64,000 nt of DNA, taken from positions 164,531 to 228,530 of the forward strand of contig CAWFAE010000016.1 in assembly GCA_963813615.1 (NCBI GenBank). The letters are read 5' to 3'. A program made the position numbers and the translations under genes. Every line of letters starts with the position of its first letter. The first letter of the stretch is position 1. The notes beneath the pieces were generated by a model. That model saw nothing but the letters and a program-made list of their open reading frames with translations, had not been told where the DNA came from and searched no databases. Below, in pieces: positions 39,340-49,449 of this stretch. The stretch comes from an uncultured Actinomycetota bacterium. GTDB lineage: Bacteria; Actinomycetota; Actinomycetes; Propionibacteriales; Nocardioidaceae.

Positions 39340-40555
39340 CGGTCGGCGACAGCTCCTTGGTCCCCCAGGGCGAGCCGTAGGCGGTCAGCAGGTCGAGGAA
39401 CGGTACGGCGTCGAAAGCCTCGGGCCCCAGCACGCCGGCGCCCTTCCAGGTGCCCGCGGCCAGCAGCTCCAGCGCCACGACCGGGTTGATCGCGGTCTGC
39501 CAGACCACGCACTGGTGGCCGTACTCCCGCATGGTCCACTCGTTGTCGACCACGTGGTAGAGGTACGTCGAGCGCGGCTGGCCGTCCTTGCCCTTGCCGG
39601 TCACCCACAGGCCCGCGCAGGTCTTGCCCTTCATCCGGGGACCGACCGTCGCGGGGTCGGGGAGCACCGCGGCCACGACGTCGCGAGGTGACACCTCGAC
39701 GCCCTTGACGCGCACCTTCTCAGTGCTGTCGAGGCCGAGGGTGTGCAGGACCTTGAGGATGTTGATGAACTCGTCGCCGAGGCCGTACTTGAACGTCGCC
39801 CGCTTGCACTCGACCCAGCGCGGCATCAGGAGCACCTCCTCGTGCTCCACGTTCACGCACTCGACCGGGCCGATGCCGTCGGGGAAGTCGAAGACCTCCG
39901 GCTCGGAGAAGGGCGGCGTCGTGTACCAGTCACCGTCCTGCCAGATCACCGGCGGGTTGAGGCACTCCTCGATCGTCGTCCACATCGAGAACGACGGCGC
40001 GAAGATCTCGTTGCCGTCGTCGTCGGTGACGACGAGGTTGGCGCCGTCCCGGGTGCCGAGCTCGTCGATCTCGGAGAAGAGATGGTCGGCGGCGTACCGG
40101 GCGAAGACGTCGGACAGCCCCGGCTCGACCCCGATGCCGACCAGGGCCAGCCGGCCCGCGGACTCCCAGTCGGAGGCGACGGCGAACTGCTCGTCGCCGA
40201 GCTTCACCCCCGTCTTCTCGTACGGCGCGGTCGGGTGCGGCTTCGAGAGCGACATCGCCATGTCGAGGTAGTCGGCGCCCGCCTCAAAGGCGCCGCCGAA
40301 GATCGACATGTTGAAGATCGGGTCGACGGCGTTCATGACGTGCGTGATGCCGTGCTCGCGACACAGCGCGGCGACGGCGTCGACCGAGGAGGCGTCGACC
40401 TGCGCCGCGACGTACCGGCTGTCGGTGGCCGCGGCCTTCTCGGCCCGAGCCTGGTCGTAGTCGGCGATCACGATCGTCTCGTAGAAGTCGCGGCGCGCGG
40501 CGATCGCAGCGAAGGCCGCCCCGACGCCCCCGGCGCCCACCAGCAGGATCCTCAT
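39332..40555 (-). CDS. saccharopine dehydrogenase-family oxidoreductase
   Basis: MRILLVGAGGVG, YLDMA, GVEPGLSDVF, VEHEEV, GVLGPEAFDA; intact 407 aa. Confidence 0.88.
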   Translation of the reverse strand: MRILLVGAGGVGAAFAAIAARRDFYETIVIADYDQARAEKAAATDSRYVAAQVDASSVDAVAALCREHGITHVMNAVDPIFNMSIFGGAFEAGADYLDMAMSLSKPHPTAPYEKTGVKLGDEQFAVASDWESAGRLALVGIGVEPGLSDVFARYAADHLFSEIDELGTRDGANLVVTDDDGNEIFAPSFSMWTTIEECLNPPVIWQDGDWYTTPPFSEPEVFDFPDGIGPVECVNVEHEEVLLMPRWVECKRATFKYGLGDEFINILKVLHTLGLDSTEKVRVKGVEVSPRDVVAAVLPDPATVGPRMKGKTCAGLWVTGKGKDGQPRSTYLYHVVDNEWTMREYGHQCVVWQTAINPVVALELLAAGTWKGAGVLGPEAFDAVPFLDLLTAYGSPWGTKELSPTDA

Positions 40556-40575
40556 CCGCTCGTCCCCTCGCCGGT

Positions 40576-40616
40576 AGGTGGTTTCGAGGCTCGCCGCGCG
40601 AGCCTCGAAACCACCT
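40576..40616. repeat. perfect 19-bp-arm palindrome related to the REP-like family
   Basis: AGGTGGTTTCGAGGCTCGC-CGC-GCGAGCCTCGAAACCACCT; intergenic, no U-tract. Confidence 0.8.
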
Positions 40617-40630
40617 CGACCGTCCCCCGG

Positions 40631-42068
40631 TCAGTCACCGATGTAACTCATCACGTGCTTGATGCGCGTGTAGTCCTCGAAGCCGTACATCGACAGGTCC
40701 TTGCCGTACCCGGAGTGCTTGAAGCCGCCGTGCGGCATCTCCGACATGTACGGGATGTGCGTGTTGATCCAGACCACGCCGAAGTCGAGCGCGCGCGCCA
40801 TCCGCATCGCCCGTCCGTGGTCCTTGGTCCACACGCTGGAGGCGAGGCCGTACTGCACGCCGTTCGCCCAGCGCACCGCCTCGTCCTCGTCGCTGAACTG
40901 CTGAACCGTGATCACCGGCCCGAAGATCTCGTCCTGGATCTGCTCGTCGTCCTGCTTCAGCCCCGAGAGCACGGTGGGCGTGTAGAAGAACCCGCTGTCC
41001 CCCTGCCGCGAGCCGCCGGTCCTGAGCTCGGCGTGGTCGGGCAGCCGGTCGACCATCCCGGTGACCCGCGCCAGCTGGTCGGGGTTGTTGAGCGCGCCGT
41101 AGAAGGCGTCCTCGTCGTCGGGCATGCCGGTCTTGGTGCCCTTCGCCGCTTCGGTCAGCGCGTCGACGAAGTCGCCGTGCACCCGCGGCCCAGCGATGAC
41201 CCGGGTGGCGGCGGTGCAGTCCTGGCCGGCGTTGAAGTAGCCCGCCTCGGCGATCGCGGCGGCCGCCTTCTCGACGTCGGCGTCGTCGAACACGACCACC
41301 GGTGCCTTGCCACCGAGCTCGAGGTGCACGCGCTTCAGGTCGGTCGCCGCCGACGCGGCCACCTCCATGCCCGCCCGCACCGAGCCGGTGATCGCGACCA
41401 TCTGCGGGGTCTTGTGCGCGACCAGCGTGCGCCCGGTGTCGCGGTCGCCGCAGATCACGTTGAGCACGCCCGGCGGCAGGAACTCGGCGCACAGCTCGGC
41501 CATCATCGTCGAGGTCGCGGGCGTGGTGTCGCTCGGCTTCAGTACGACGGTGTTGCCGGCCGCCAGGGCCGGCGCGATCTTCCACGACATCATCGCCAGC
41601 GGGTAGTTCCAGGGCGTCACCTGGCCGATCACCCCGATCGGCTCGCGGCGGATGAACGACGTGTGGTCCTCCATGTACTCCCCCGCCGACTTCCCCTCCA
41701 GGATCCGGGCGGCGCCGGCGAAGAACCGGAAGTGGTCGATGGTCGGCGGCAGCTCCTCCGAGGCGGTCAGGCTCAGCGGCTTCCCGGTGTCCTTGCACTC
41801 CGCCTGCACGAACTCGTCGGCCCGTGCCTCGAGTGCGTCGGCGATCTTGAGCAGCGCCTCCGACCGCTCCTTCGGCGTGCTGCGCCCCCACCGGCTCGCG
41901 AAGGCGCGTCTCCGCGGCGGCGTACGCACGGTCGACGTCCTCGTCCCGCGACAGCGCGGCCTGGGCGTAGGTCTCGCCGGTGGAGGGGTCGAGGACGTCG
42001 TAGGTCTCGCCGCCCGCGGCATCGACGAACTCGCCGTTCACGAAGTTGCGGAAGGTCTCGTCGGCCAT
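40631..42068 (-). CDS. gamma-aminobutyraldehyde dehydrogenase (one frameshift)
   Basis: [54 protein letters not shown]. Confidence 0.9.
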
Positions 42069-42200
42069 GACGGCAGAGTACAAGGCTCACGACGAAATCA
42101 GGAGGGATTCTGCGCAGACGACGGATGAAATCGGCAGCACGTGACCGATGGCACGACGGATTCACTTGCGTCCGGCATCGTTCTCGCCCACGATGGCTCC

Positions 42201-43571
42201 ATGGACGAACACGCTCGGCTTCAGCGCGCGGCCAAGGACCACCTGTGGATGCATTTCACCCGTCACGGGGCGTACGCCGACGCCGACGTCCCGGTCATCG
42301 TCCGCGGTGAGGGCGTCTATCTCTACGACTCACAGGGCAAGCGCTACCTCGACGCCCTGGCCGGCCTGTTCGTCTCCCAGCTCGGCCACGGCCGCACCGA
42401 CCTCGCCGAGGCCGCCGCCGCGCAGGCCCGCGAGCTCGCGTTCATGCCGCTGTGGTCCTACGCGCACCCGAAGGCGATCGAGCTGGCCGAGAAGGTCGCC
42501 GGCTACGCGCCCGGCGACCTCAACCGGGTCTTCTTCACCAGCGGTGGTGGCGAGGCGGTCGAGACGGCCTGGAAGCTGGCCAAGAACTACTTCAAGCTCA
42601 CCGGCAAGCCGATGAAGCACAAGGTGATCAGCCGCGCCATCGCCTACCACGGCACCACTCAGGGCGCGCTGTCGATCACCGGGCTGCCGCTGCTCAAGCA
42701 GCAGTTCGAGCCGCTGGTGCCCTCGACGTTCCGGGTGCCGAACACGAACTTCTACCGCGCCCCCGAGCGCGCCGACGACCTCGAGGCGTTCGGCCAGTGG
42801 GCCGCCGACCAGATCGCCGTCGCCATCGAGAACGAGGGCCCGGACACGGTCGCGGCGGTCTTCCTCGAGCCGGTGCAGAACGCCGGCGGCTGCTTCCCAC
42901 CCCCGCCCGGCTACTTCCAGCGGGTCCGCGAGATCTGCGACGAGTACGACGTACTCCTGGTCTCCGACGAGGTCATCTGCGCCTTCGGCCGGCTCGGCCA
43001 CATGTTCGGCTCCGAGCGCTACGGCTACCAGCCGGACATGATCACCTGCGCCAAGGGGCTCACCTCCGGCTACGCCCCGCTCGGCGCGATGATCGCCACC
43101 GACCGGCTGATGGAGCCGTTCCTGGGCGCCGAGGGCGCCATGTTCGCCCACGGCTACACGTTCGGCGGGCACCCGGTCTCGACCGCGGTCGCACTGAAGA
43201 ACCTCGAGATCTTCGAGAACGAGAAGGTGCTCGAGAACGTGCGGGCCAACGAGGACGCCTTCCGCGCCACCCTCGAGCGACTGCTGGACCTGCCCATCGT
43301 CGGCGACGTCCGCGGCGACGGCTACTTCTACGGGATCGAGCTGGTCAAGGACAAGGCCACCAAGGAGACCTTCACCTCCGAGGAGTGCGAGCGCCTGCTC
43401 TACGGCTTCGTCTCCAAGAAGCTCTACGAGGAGGGCCTCTACTGCCGCGCCGACGACCGCGGCGACCCGGTCGTCCAGCTCGCTCCCCCGCTGATCTGCA
43501 CCCAGGAGCACTTCGACGAGATCGAGCAGATCCTCCGCGCCGTGCTCGACAAGGCCGCCACGCTGATCTGA
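42201..43571 (+). CDS. class III PLP aminotransferase (putrescine/omega-amine type)
   Basis: HLWMHFT, FFTSGGGEAVE, AYHGT, SDEVICAFGRLG, CAKGLTSGY, HGYTFGGHP. Confidence 0.92.
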   Translation: MDEHARLQRAAKDHLWMHFTRHGAYADADVPVIVRGEGVYLYDSQGKRYLDALAGLFVSQLGHGRTDLAEAAAAQARELAFMPLWSYAHPKAIELAEKVAGYAPGDLNRVFFTSGGGEAVETAWKLAKNYFKLTGKPMKHKVISRAIAYHGTTQGALSITGLPLLKQQFEPLVPSTFRVPNTNFYRAPERADDLEAFGQWAADQIAVAIENEGPDTVAAVFLEPVQNAGGCFPPPPGYFQRVREICDEYDVLLVSDEVICAFGRLGHMFGSERYGYQPDMITCAKGLTSGYAPLGAMIATDRLMEPFLGAEGAMFAHGYTFGGHPVSTAVALKNLEIFENEKVLENVRANEDAFRATLERLLDLPIVGDVRGDGYFYGIELVKDKATKETFTSEECERLLYGFVSKKLYEEGLYCRADDRGDPVVQLAPPLICTQEHFDEIEQILRAVLDKAATLI

Positions 43572-43630
43572 CCCGCCCCTTCAGGGCGCGGCGGAAGCCG
43601 CCGGTTGAGTCTCGCTGTCAGGATGGCCGG

Positions 43631-44974
43631 GTGCGCCGTGCCGTAGGTCCCCTGCTCGCCGTGACCGTGGCACTGGTGCTCGCGGACTCCGCGGTGGTGA
43701 CGCTGGCCCTGCCCGACATCCTCCGGAACCTGGATGCGTCCGTCGGGCAGGTCGCCTGGGTGCTGATCGCGTTCAACCTCGTGTTGGGGCTGGTTGCCGT
43801 GCCGACGGCCGTGATCTTCGGCCGGGCGCAGCCGCGGAGCTTCACTGCCCTCGGCATTGCGGTGTTCGCCGGCGCCTCGGCGTGGTGCGCGCTGGCGGAC
43901 TCGATCGAGGTGCTGATCGCGGCTCGGTGCGTGCAGGCAGTCGGAGGAGCCTTGGCGCTGGTCGGCTGCCTGGAGCTCCTGGTCGCGATGTACGGCGAGC
44001 GCCGCGGCGTCGCAACCTGGGTCACGGCCGGGGTGGTCGGCACGGCCACCGGACCGGTCGCCGGCGGACTGCTCACGCAGGCGATCTCGTGGGAGGCCAT
44101 CTTCGTGGTGCAGGTGCCGTTCGCCGTGCTGGCGGTGCCGGCCGCGCTCACCGTTCGTGCCGTACCGGCGCTCGAGCCGGACCGGCACCGTCCGGCCGTT
44201 CGCCCCAACCTGACCCTCGCCCTGCTCTCGGCGGCGCTCACGGCGGCGCTGTTCCTGCTGGTCCTGCTCCTGGTCGAGGGCTGGCGCCACTCCCCGGCCA
44301 CTGCGGCTCTGACGGTGTCCGTCGTGCCGGTCGCGGCCCTCGCGGCTCGCCCGCTCGCGCGCCTCCTGCGGGCTCCGGCCGAGGTCGAGGTCGCGGTGGG
44401 CTGCTTCCTCATCGCCGGAGGACTGGTGGCCCTCGCGATCCTTCCGTCGGCCCACCTGGCCTGGACGATCGCGCCCCAGGCCCTGGTGGGCCTCGGGCTC
44501 GGGCTGACCATCGACCATCTGACCGCCCAGGCGATGGAGATGCGCCTGCCGCGAGCGGAGCACGCGGGGTGGACCATCGGCGCACGTCACATCGGCGTAG
44601 TCGTCGGACTGGCGATCCTGACGCCGGTGTTCACCGCGGACCTGCGGGACGCCGAGACGCCCGCCCAGGAGGCCATCACGTCCCTGGTGCTCGACGCCCC
44701 GATGGCGCCGCAGGACAAGATCGCGGTCGCCGAGGCACTCGGCCGCGAGCTGTCGGCCGCAGCAGGGTCAGGTCCCCGACCTGCACCGCGCCTTCGCGAC
44801 GTTGGACCTCGAGCCCGAGGAGCGTCGCCGCCGCAGCCCAGCTCGAGCGCGACCTCGACGCGCAGCTGGAGCGCGCCGCCACGCGTGCCTTCCGCGACTC
44901 GTTCCTCATCGGCGCCGGCCTCGCGCTCCTCGCCCTGCTCATCGTGGTCGCGCCCCGCAGGCGGAGGACCATGA
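43631..44974 (+). CDS. MFS transporter (DHA2-like)
   Basis: LADSAVVTLALPDI, LIAARCVQAVGGA, GPVAGGLLTQ..SWEAIF; many TM segments. Confidence 0.8.
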   Translation: MRRAVGPLLAVTVALVLADSAVVTLALPDILRNLDASVGQVAWVLIAFNLVLGLVAVPTAVIFGRAQPRSFTALGIAVFAGASAWCALADSIEVLIAARCVQAVGGALALVGCLELLVAMYGERRGVATWVTAGVVGTATGPVAGGLLTQAISWEAIFVVQVPFAVLAVPAALTVRAVPALEPDRHRPAVRPNLTLALLSAALTAALFLLVLLLVEGWRHSPATAALTVSVVPVAALAARPLARLLRAPAEVEVAVGCFLIAGGLVALAILPSAHLAWTIAPQALVGLGLGLTIDHLTAQAMEMRLPRAEHAGWTIGARHIGVVVGLAILTPVFTADLRDAETPAQEAITSLVLDAPMAPQDKIAVAEALGRELSAAAGSGPRPAPRLRDVGPRARGASPPQPSSSATSTRSWSAPPRVPSATRSSSAPASRSSPCSSWSRPAGGGP

Positions 44975-45582
44975 GCGCCCTGCCTCGCCTGGTCGGCCTG
45001 CCGGCCGTCGCGCTGGCTCTCGTGAGCGGTGTGATCGGGGTGCAGCTCGCCCACGGCGGGGGGACGTTCGAGCCACTCCGACCGGCCGACGCGTGCGCCG
45101 AACGCACTGTCACCTCGCAAGCCGACGGCATCGACGGCCTCACCGAGCGTCTCGTGCTGCTCGGCATCGACGGCGCCGCCTGCCACCTGGACGTCAGCCG
45201 CGAAGCGCTCACGCTGGAGCTCGCGCAGACCGGTGCCCCCACGGACGCCCAGATCGACGCCCTGCGCGAGGGCCTGCTGCTCGCCGTACGTCGGATGGAG
45301 GACGACGGGACACTGCCTCCGGCCTCGGAGCTGGTCGACGAGGCGCTCGACAACGCGGACCTCAACGGCTTCCTCGAGGCGGCGATCCGCGCCATGCCGG
45401 ACTCGGTGATCGACGCGGCGCTGAAGACCGACGACATCCTCACGCGCGCGATCGAGGACCTCGACCTGCGCGCTCTCCTGGCGAACGTCGACAACCAGGA
45501 CGAGCTCAACCAACAGGTCGAGGACGCGGTCACCGAAGCCGTCAAGGACTCGCTCGTCGCCCGCCTCAGCGACCTCCTGTGA
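44971..45582 (+). CDS. membrane-anchored hypothetical protein
   Basis: ATGA-coupled to the MFS gene; N-terminal TM then an acidic helical domain with two Cys. Confidence 0.7.
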   Translation: MSALPRLVGLPAVALALVSGVIGVQLAHGGGTFEPLRPADACAERTVTSQADGIDGLTERLVLLGIDGAACHLDVSREALTLELAQTGAPTDAQIDALREGLLLAVRRMEDDGTLPPASELVDEALDNADLNGFLEAAIRAMPDSVIDAALKTDDILTRAIEDLDLRALLANVDNQDELNQQVEDAVTEAVKDSLVARLSDLL

Positions 45583-45685
45583 CTGTTCTGAGCCGGCCCG
45601 AGCGCCACCGGACCGGATCCGACGAGCGGATGAGTCGGCGAGTGGTTGCGGGCGGCACTTGTGATCGTCTCGAAGGGAGTCCTCC

Positions 45686-46261
45686 ATGCGCGTCGTAGTG
45701 GTCAACCACGTCACCCTCGACGGTGTCCTGCAGGGGCCAGGCCGTCCCGATGAGGACACCCGCCACGGCTTCCGGCAGGGCGGGTGGGCGGAGCAGGCGG
45801 CAGCTGACCCGGCAATCGGCGCTGCGCTCGGGGAGCCGATGGGCAAGGACTTCTCTTGGCTGTTCGGCCGGCGCAGCTACGAAGACATGCTGGGTCACTG
45901 GAACGAGGTAGGCGGTCCGTTCAAGGACGGCCTGAACCACACGATGAAGTACGTCGCGTCCTCTAGTGCCGACACCGAGTTGCCGTGGCCGAACTCCGAG
46001 CTGATCAGTGGCGACGTCCCCCGCGCGGTCGATGCGCTGCGTGGGCAGCCGGGCGGCAATCTCGTGATCATGGGCAGCGGTCAACTCATCCGGTCCCTCC
46101 TTCCCCACGGGTTGGTTGACGAGCTGTTCCTGATGATCCACCCGGTCGTGCTCGGCTCGGGCCAGCGATTGTTCGGTCCTGCGGAGGACCGGATGCCGCT
46201 GACGCTTGTCGAGAGCGCCACCACGTCCACCGGCGTGATCCTGGCGACGTACCGTCCATGA
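45686..46261 (+). CDS. dihydrofolate reductase/RibD C-terminal family protein
   Basis: VTLDGVLQGPG, LFGRRSYE, GSGQL, HPVVLGSGQRLF. Confidence 0.9.
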   Translation: MRVVVVNHVTLDGVLQGPGRPDEDTRHGFRQGGWAEQAAADPAIGAALGEPMGKDFSWLFGRRSYEDMLGHWNEVGGPFKDGLNHTMKYVASSSADTELPWPNSELISGDVPRAVDALRGQPGGNLVIMGSGQLIRSLLPHGLVDELFLMIHPVVLGSGQRLFGPAEDRMPLTLVESATTSTGVILATYRP

Positions 46262-46299
46262 CCATCGTTCGCTCATGGGTTGGAAGCGCTGAGGCGTGC

Positions 46300-46965
46300 T
46301 CAGAACTCCTTGCGCGCCAGGAGCATCAGCCAGCGGCTCTCCTCGGAGTCTTCGCCAGCGAATCTCCACTCGACTCCGAGCCCGGCGTCCCCGAGCAAGG
46401 TGCGGAAGGCGGATTCGGTCCATTGCACGGTGAAGTAGGGGTTGCCCGAGTCGCCGACCTCCCAGCGCTCACCGACACCTTCGCGGATCGCAACCAGGAA
46501 GACCCCACCGGGCTGCAGCGCCGCGGCAACTCTGCGCAGGAGTGCCGGGATCTGGGCCCGGTCGACGTGTTGGAGCACGGCCAGCGCCATCACCGCGTCG
46601 TACGGGCCGCCGAGTTGGTCGCTGGTGACGTCGAGCTTGTCGACGTGCTTGCCCCGCTCGACCTGGAAGTCGATGAAGGCGGCCGCGACTTCGGTCCGCC
46701 GCACCGCGACGCCCTGCGACTCGACGAAGTCGGCGTCCCAACCGGGTCCCGAGCCCACTTCGAGCACGGTTCCGCCGGCTGGCACCGCGTCGACCAAGCG
46801 GCGCAGGCCCTCGCCACTGAATTCTGCCGGGCCACCTGAGTCAGGAGCGGTGTCATCGGCGTACTCCCGGGCGATGCGTTCGTAGGAGCCGATCGTGCGG
46901 CGGTTGGCTGAGTCGATGCCATCCTCCGGCTCGGGGATCCGTCGACGTGGGGTCACGGTGTGCAC
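46300..46965 (-). CDS. class I SAM-dependent methyltransferase (start approximate)
   Basis: VLEVGSGPG, YDAVMALAVLQH, LQPGG. Confidence 0.85.
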   Translation of the reverse strand: MHTVTPRRRIPEPEDGIDSANRRTIGSYERIAREYADDTAPDSGGPAEFSGEGLRRLVDAVPAGGTVLEVGSGPGWDADFVESQGVAVRRTEVAAAFIDFQVERGKHVDKLDVTSDQLGGPYDAVMALAVLQHVDRAQIPALLRRVAAALQPGGVFLVAIREGVGERWEVGDSGNPYFTVQWTESAFRTLLGDAGLGVEWRFAGEDSEESRWLMLLARKEF

Positions 46966-46984
46966 CGGCTTCTCGACTCGAGCA

Positions 46985-47623
46985 TCAGGTCGTCTCGTAC
47001 TGCGGGCGACCGGTGGTGCGGTACGTCTGGATCGTCAGCCCCTTCGGGGTGGACTGCACGTCGACCAGCTCCAGTCCCGTGTCCGCGCCGGTGGCGGGGA
47101 AGAGTCGCGTCCCCTGGCCGACGACCACGGGGTAGGTGAGCAGCACGATCTGGTCGACCAGCCGGTGGTCGAGCAGCCAGCGGATCAGGGTCCCGCTGCC
47201 CCACACTTGCAGCTCACCGCCTGGCTCGGCTCTCAGCTCGCCGATGGCGCTCTCGACGTCACCGGACAGGACGGTCGTGTGCGCCCAGTCCGGGTCTCTG
47301 AGCGTGGTCGAGGCGACGTACTTGGGCCGCGTGTTCAACGCCTCCCCGACGGGGTTCCCGGGATCCATGCCCGCTCCCCAGGAGCCGGCGAAGATCTCGT
47401 AGGTCCGCCGGCCGAACAGGAACGCGTCGGCGCGTTGGAAGGCCTCGCTGATGAACGTCGAGGCCTCGTCGTCGAGCAGGGGCGGGCCCCATCCAAACCG
47501 TTCGAAACCGTCGCTGCCGTCCTCCTCCGGCCCACGGCCTTCACGCCGGGTCCCGACCTCAATCCGTCGATGTCCCTGCGTCACTCCGTCGAGGGAGACA
47601 TTCGTGACGGTCGTCAGCTTCAT
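46985..47623 (-). CDS. dihydrofolate reductase/RibD C-terminal family protein
   Basis: NVSLDGV, FLFGRRTYE, WGSGTL, PVVVGQGTRLF. Confidence 0.9.
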   Translation of the reverse strand: MKLTTVTNVSLDGVTQGHRRIEVGTRREGRGPEEDGSDGFERFGWGPPLLDDEASTFISEAFQRADAFLFGRRTYEIFAGSWGAGMDPGNPVGEALNTRPKYVASTTLRDPDWAHTTVLSGDVESAIGELRAEPGGELQVWGSGTLIRWLLDHRLVDQIVLLTYPVVVGQGTRLFPATGADTGLELVDVQSTPKGLTIQTYRTTGRPQYETT

Positions 47624-47832
47624 GTTCGCCGTTCCCTTCTTGCCGGGTCGTCGCTCGGTACGACCGGACTGCGGCGCCGATCTCATCGGTCGTGCACGTC
47701 TCTACCCCAGTCGCTTGGTGGCGCTGGTGATCGGGCTGGTCGCAGCACTGGTCTGGTCATTTCAGGGCGTAGTCACGTACGGGCGCCGTAGCCAGCACAT
47801 TGCGGTGTTACGTTGCGCCGAAGGAGTCACCC

Positions 47833-48677
47833 ATGACAGCCGCCAGGCTTCCCGTCCTCGTAATGGTGCTCCTGCTCGCTGCCTGTTCCGGAGGCGATCC
47901 CCCCAAAGCAACGGGTTCCGCGTCGACCGAGCCCTCGCCAGCCGATGGTTCTCCCACGTCCGTCGTCGACCCGGCGGCGCAGCCCTCCATCGACGACGCG
48001 TTCACAGTCGCCACCGGAGGCAGACAGCTGGCGTTGGTGTGCTGGGGCACGGGGAGTCCGACCGTGCTCCTCGAGACCGGCGGCGACAACATCGACGAGT
48101 GGGCAGGTTCTGGAATCGTCGACGAGCTCGCCGGCCGCGCGCGCGTGTGCACCTACGACCGCGCGGGAACTGGCAGCAGTGACGCGGCGCCCGACAGGCG
48201 ACGGGACGCTGATGACGTCGTGACCGATGCTCATGCTCTGCTCGAGGCCGCCAATGTCGACGGCCCGCTCGTGCTGCTTGGTCGGTCCTTCGGAGGCATG
48301 ATCGTGGCCCACTACGCGGACGTGATGCCGCAAGACATCGTCGGCGTCGTCGTGCTCGACACGCCAGCACCGTCGGCCGAGTTCACAGAGAAGAGCGAGC
48401 CCGACCTGGTCTGGGACGCGCCGGGCAACACTCAGCACCTCGACGTGGTCCACGGCTTCGAAAACCGCTTCGCCAACCACCCACCCAACTTTGACGCCCC
48501 CTGCTCCTGATCACCCCGGTCCCCGGCGAAGGCAGCGTCAAGAACGAAAGCTTCTGGCTGCAGACCAGCCCGCAGGCCAAGCAGGTGCAACTCGCCTGCG
48601 GCGAGGAGCCCACCGAGGGCCCCTGCGCCATCAAGGTCGCCGACTTCGTCGAGAGTCTCGACATGAGCAGTCACTGA
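47833..48677 (+). CDS. alpha/beta hydrolase lipoprotein (one frameshift)
   Basis: Lipobox LAAC; YDRAGTGSS; GRSFGG nucleophile elbow. Confidence 0.8.
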
Positions 48678-48774
48678 CCAGGTTCAGCGATTCAGGGCCC
48701 ACTCGAGAAGCACAACGGGCTCGCGCCGACCGCCGCGAGTGACACGAGCCGTCGCGGCGACTGGCGGACAACAG

Positions 48775-49449
48775 TCAGTTCGCTCCCGATGTCGGGTCTG
48801 ATCCATCAGCGCTCAGCGCGGCCAGCACCGCCAGCACCCGCCGGTGGTCGTCGGGCTCGTTGTGCAGGTCGAGCTTGGTGAAGATGCTCGCGATGTGGCT
48901 CTCCACCGTCTTGAGCGAGACCACCAGCCGATCGGCGATGGCGCCGTTGGAGCGGCCCTCGGCCATCAGCCCGAGGACGTCGCGCTCACGCTCCGAGAGC
49001 GCGTCCACCGGGTGGGAGCGGTCGTGCACATGCATCATCCGCCGGGCGATCTCGGGGTCGAGCACGGTGCCGCCGGCGGTGATCGTGTGCAGCGCGTGCA
49101 TCAGCATCGAGACGTCGACGACCCGGTCCTTGAGCAGGTAGCCGAACCGCTCTCCGTGCCGCTCGAACAGCTGCGAGGCGAAGTGGGTCTCGATCGCCTG
49201 GGAGAGCAGCAGGATGGCGAGGTCCGGGTGGTCGGCCCGCAGCTGTACGGCGGCCACGGCGCCCTCGTGGGTGAAGTCCGGGGGCATCCGGATGTCGATC
49301 ACCGCGACGTCCGGCCGGTGCTCCTCGACCGCCTCGATCAGCGCCGCCGCGTCGGGGACCGTCGCGCACACCTCGACGCCGGCCTCGACGAGCAGCCGGG
49401 CCAGGCCCTCGCGCAGCAGCGCGGAGTCGTCGGCGATCACGACACGCAC
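48775..49449 (-). CDS. NarL/LuxR response regulator
   Basis: VRVVIADDSALLREGL, DIRMPP, GYLLK, LSERERDVLGLMAEGRSN. Confidence 0.92.
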   Translation of the reverse strand: MRVVIADDSALLREGLARLLVEAGVEVCATVPDAAALIEAVEEHRPDVAVIDIRMPPDFTHEGAVAAVQLRADHPDLAILLLSQAIETHFASQLFERHGERFGYLLKDRVVDVSMLMHALHTITAGGTVLDPEIARRMMHVHDRSHPVDALSERERDVLGLMAEGRSNGAIADRLVVSLKTVESHIASIFTKLDLHNEPDDHRRVLAVLAALSADGSDPTSGAN

